From Phoronis australis (taxonomy: Eukaryota; Animalia; Phoronida), in the NCBI GenBank assembly GCA_002633005.1, contig NMRA01000997.1:11260-75259 (forward strand): a DNA stretch of 64,000 nucleotides, read 5' to 3'. This document shows, piece after piece, positions 61,115 to 64,000 of this stretch; within the stretch, counting starts at the first letter, position 1; each line of letters begins with the position of its first letter. The notes under the pieces were generated by a model that had not been told where the DNA came from, did no database searches, and saw only the letters and a program-made list of their open reading frames with translations. The translations under genes were made by a program, and so were the position numbers.

Positions 61115-62908
61115 ATGGCGTCGAACGATCCAGTTGCCCAGCTGCGTCGACTGGTAGAGTGCCCCGTGTGTTTTGAGCGATTCAGAGACCAGAGGGTTTT
61201 GCCATGTCTTCACTCATTCTGTGAAGATTGCTTGAACAGTCACATGACAGAACAGGGGCAAAGTGGTGAATTTCCATGTCCGGTGTGCATAACAAAATTT
61301 GCTGTTCCAGGAGAACGGGTTAGTGGCTTCAAACATAACTTTATTCATGCCGGTATCTGTGACATTGTTTCGAATTATGACAGCATGAATAAAATGCATT
61401 GTTCAGCTCATGGAGACCGAGTTTTGGAACTGTACTGTGAACAGTGCGAGGTGGCCATATGTTCACGTTGTTTAACTTCAAGTCATAAGCGACACGATCT
61501 GAAAGATTTAGACGTTGCTGCAAAAGACGCCATTGAGGTGATGCGTGATTTGTTGAAACCTTGGCGAGATGTTACGCAGCACTGGGAAATGTTGCGTGAT
61601 AAACGACAGCAAGTTACACAAAGTTATGCCCAGCAACAAAATGCTTGTAAGAATGAGATAAAACGTGTATACAGCGATTTCCTAGCACAGATCACTCGTC
61701 AGGTTAAGGTTAATGAAGAGAGAGCTATTGCTGACTTGGAAAAACAAGTAGAGGCGGCAAGAAAACAGGCAGAAGCTGCTTGTGATGAGGCTGAACTGAA
61801 CAGGGCGAAGTTTGCTAGCGTATATGATTATGAAAATAATGTTCTTGAGTCGTGTCATGACGCTGAGAAACTGCAACAATTCAATGAGATTAAGTCTCTT
61901 CTTAAAAACTTGAATATTGATCAAATCGAAAAGCGGGTTGAAAAAGCAGTCTTTGAAATCCAACCTTCGACAATTGCAGTTCCAAATGTAGCTGTGAATA
62001 TTATGAGAAAAATGGAAGACGAAAATATTTCACCCAATTTTTTAGAAAATTTTGCCTCAGTTGTTGCAGTTTCCAGTAAATCACCTGTCCACGGTGTGAC
62101 CCCTCAACTGACTGTTAAACATGTTCAACTTGAGCGGAGATTTAGCAGTCGGCTTGAAGGGGAGGGGAGAGGCTGTTGTGTGGGACTGGCAGTGGGTGAT
62201 GGGGTGGTGGTTGTAACGGACATGAACAACGAGAATGTCAAGGTGTTTGATAAAAACAACTTGACATTCAAATTCACGTTAAACACCGCCCAGCACCAAA
62301 TGCAGTGCCCTGTTGATGTGACATGTAATAGACTTGGTGAGATCTTCATCACCGACCGCGGCATTCACGGTGTTGTCAAGTATGACGCCAGAGGTCAACT
62401 GGTGAAGGTCTACCCAGGTGTGTATAAAGATGGGGGGCGTATTACATGTCACACCGACCAGCTGATAGTGGCGGATACACACGGTGGACGGGTGTTGTAC
62501 AGTGACTTTGATTGTGAGGTCCATCATCAAATAAACGCCCCCTCCCTGGGTCTGAGTGAGTTCTCACCACACTATATATGTGTGGCTGAGAACACTGGAC
62601 ATGTGGTGGTGAGCCAGATGACACCCCCACGTGTGTACGTGATTGACCCCACACAGCCGGCCCATAAACACACATTCAGTGATGGACTGGGTGCGCCGCG
62701 CGGTGTGTGTGTGGATCAGTTCGGCCACATTCTCCTGGCTGACTGGAACAAACAGTGTATACATCTATTGACCCCTGCACGTGCACACGTGATCGCTACG
62801 GAGGGTGATATCTACAGGCCTACAGCCATATGTCCATCAGGCCCAGGGAAGGTGTATGTACTGGAGTGGAGAGGTGATGTGAAGGAGTTTAGTTATCTTG
62901 ATATCTAA
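61115..62908 (+). CDS. TRIM-NHL protein (RING, B-box, coiled coil, NHL propeller), copy 2, intact
   Basis: gacATGgcg start and 597 codons with the same domain motifs as copy 1. Duplicated 3' flank extends to 63927 (equivalent to 25539). Confidence 0.93.
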   Translation: MASNDPVAQLRRLVECPVCFERFRDQRVLPCLHSFCEDCLNSHMTEQGQSGEFPCPVCITKFAVPGERVSGFKHNFIHAGICDIVSNYDSMNKMHCSAHGDRVLELYCEQCEVAICSRCLTSSHKRHDLKDLDVAAKDAIEVMRDLLKPWRDVTQHWEMLRDKRQQVTQSYAQQQNACKNEIKRVYSDFLAQITRQVKVNEERAIADLEKQVEAARKQAEAACDEAELNRAKFASVYDYENNVLESCHDAEKLQQFNEIKSLLKNLNIDQIEKRVEKAVFEIQPSTIAVPNVAVNIMRKMEDENISPNFLENFASVVAVSSKSPVHGVTPQLTVKHVQLERRFSSRLEGEGRGCCVGLAVGDGVVVVTDMNNENVKVFDKNNLTFKFTLNTAQHQMQCPVDVTCNRLGEIFITDRGIHGVVKYDARGQLVKVYPGVYKDGGRITCHTDQLIVADTHGGRVLYSDFDCEVHHQINAPSLGLSEFSPHYICVAENTGHVVVSQMTPPRVYVIDPTQPAHKHTFSDGLGAPRGVCVDQFGHILLADWNKQCIHLLTPARAHVIATEGDIYRPTAICPSGPGKVYVLEWRGDVKEFSYLDI

Positions 62909-64000
62909 TTTAACACACCTGTACCATCACCTGGTTGAATAAATGTTTGTGATAATGTTTTGATGAAATGTTTTGTGAAATAACTGTTTGAAATTCTTGA
63001 AGTCTGTATGTAACATTGTGTGCAGATGACAAAGTAATATTGGACGTGTTTTGTTTAAAAATTCCAATAAAAGTTTGACAAAAATGAGATCATTAATACC
63101 TGAAGGTGTCGTGTATTTTAATGATCATTGTAGATATACTGTTAAATGCGTGCGTTTACCTTTTTACAGACCTGTTTTACCTGTGCGTAGTTGTGCGCGG
63201 CGACATTTTATCACCTTAAAACGCACTGTCTCACATTTGTGTTCGAGTGAAACACGTGTTGTAAAGATTGTGCGCTGTTCTATATTTTCAATACCAAAAT
63301 TCTATTCACGACGCCATGAACATCATCATATTTCTACGATATGAAATAACTGTGATCATAGTGTTCTAAGTGTGCAATTAACATTTTGTAACTTCAAATA
63401 GTCGTATTAATGCCATATGTCAAGTTTGCTAGTTTTTGGTATCCTAATTGGAATTATTGCCTATTGATTAAACGGTAAATTCTTTAATTAAACTGGGATT
63501 CCTTAATTGTTCGTTTTAATTGAAATTTTCACGCTTAAAATTCTTAATCAATATTATTGCATACTTAAGATTTTCATTATCATCAAAACAAAATATATTG
63601 GTTAAATTGACGTTATCATTTTCACGACCGAAAAACGCAAGCTTGGGATTGAGTGGGATAAAATTTTTGACCTTATAAGCTTTGAATAAACCTAAAAAAA
63701 CACAAAATTATTCGTTGTGTTTTGCGATTTAATTACAAATCTCCAATTATCGCCGTTATTTGCCAGACATTCGCTTGAAATACTCTCCCACGTACTGATG
63801 CTGGGATGAAGCGCAGGCAAACAAAACGTTTGCCTGCGACGCAACAATTTGTGAAGTTCGATTCCCAGCTGAGGCTGATCTCGGAAAGTGATTCTTCTTG
63901 ACTATAGTGTCACCTTAGTCGTTGACAATTATGAAAAATTGTTGCAGCATTACTCCAAACAAGATATCCGAAAAATTTATTCCTTGCCTTTTACACTTCC

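Overview
This is AT-rich animal DNA from a draft assembly with several N gaps; the TE content suggests a marine invertebrate, probably a lophotrochozoan (inference). The only long intact genes are two paralogous TRIM-NHL genes (RING, B-box, coiled coil, NHL propeller) with single-exon CDSs at ~22.7-24.5 kb and ~61.1-62.9 kb. They arose by segmental duplication: 1-2501 plus 21301-25539 correspond to 57176-63927. Their amino-acid differences concentrate in the predicted ligand-binding loops of the NHL propeller, as expected for diversifying immune sensors. Copy 1 has ATG changed to CTG. Its core promoter is split by ~18.8 kb of nested DNA transposons: a P-like element (7-bp TSD) containing a Kolobok derivative and a MULE MITE, followed by two MULE transposase copies. 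Between the TRIM genes lie several THAP/KolX Kolobok derivatives, a decayed KolobokP-type element (DDD/E transposase plus His-Me finger nuclease) with adjacent orphan ORFs, Tc1 and L2-type remnants, a hairpin-ended family carrying a tRNA-like module, many MITEs, and an intronless GlnD/DUF294-like nucleotidyltransferase pseudogene. All family calls come from motifs recognised by eye; no database search was run.
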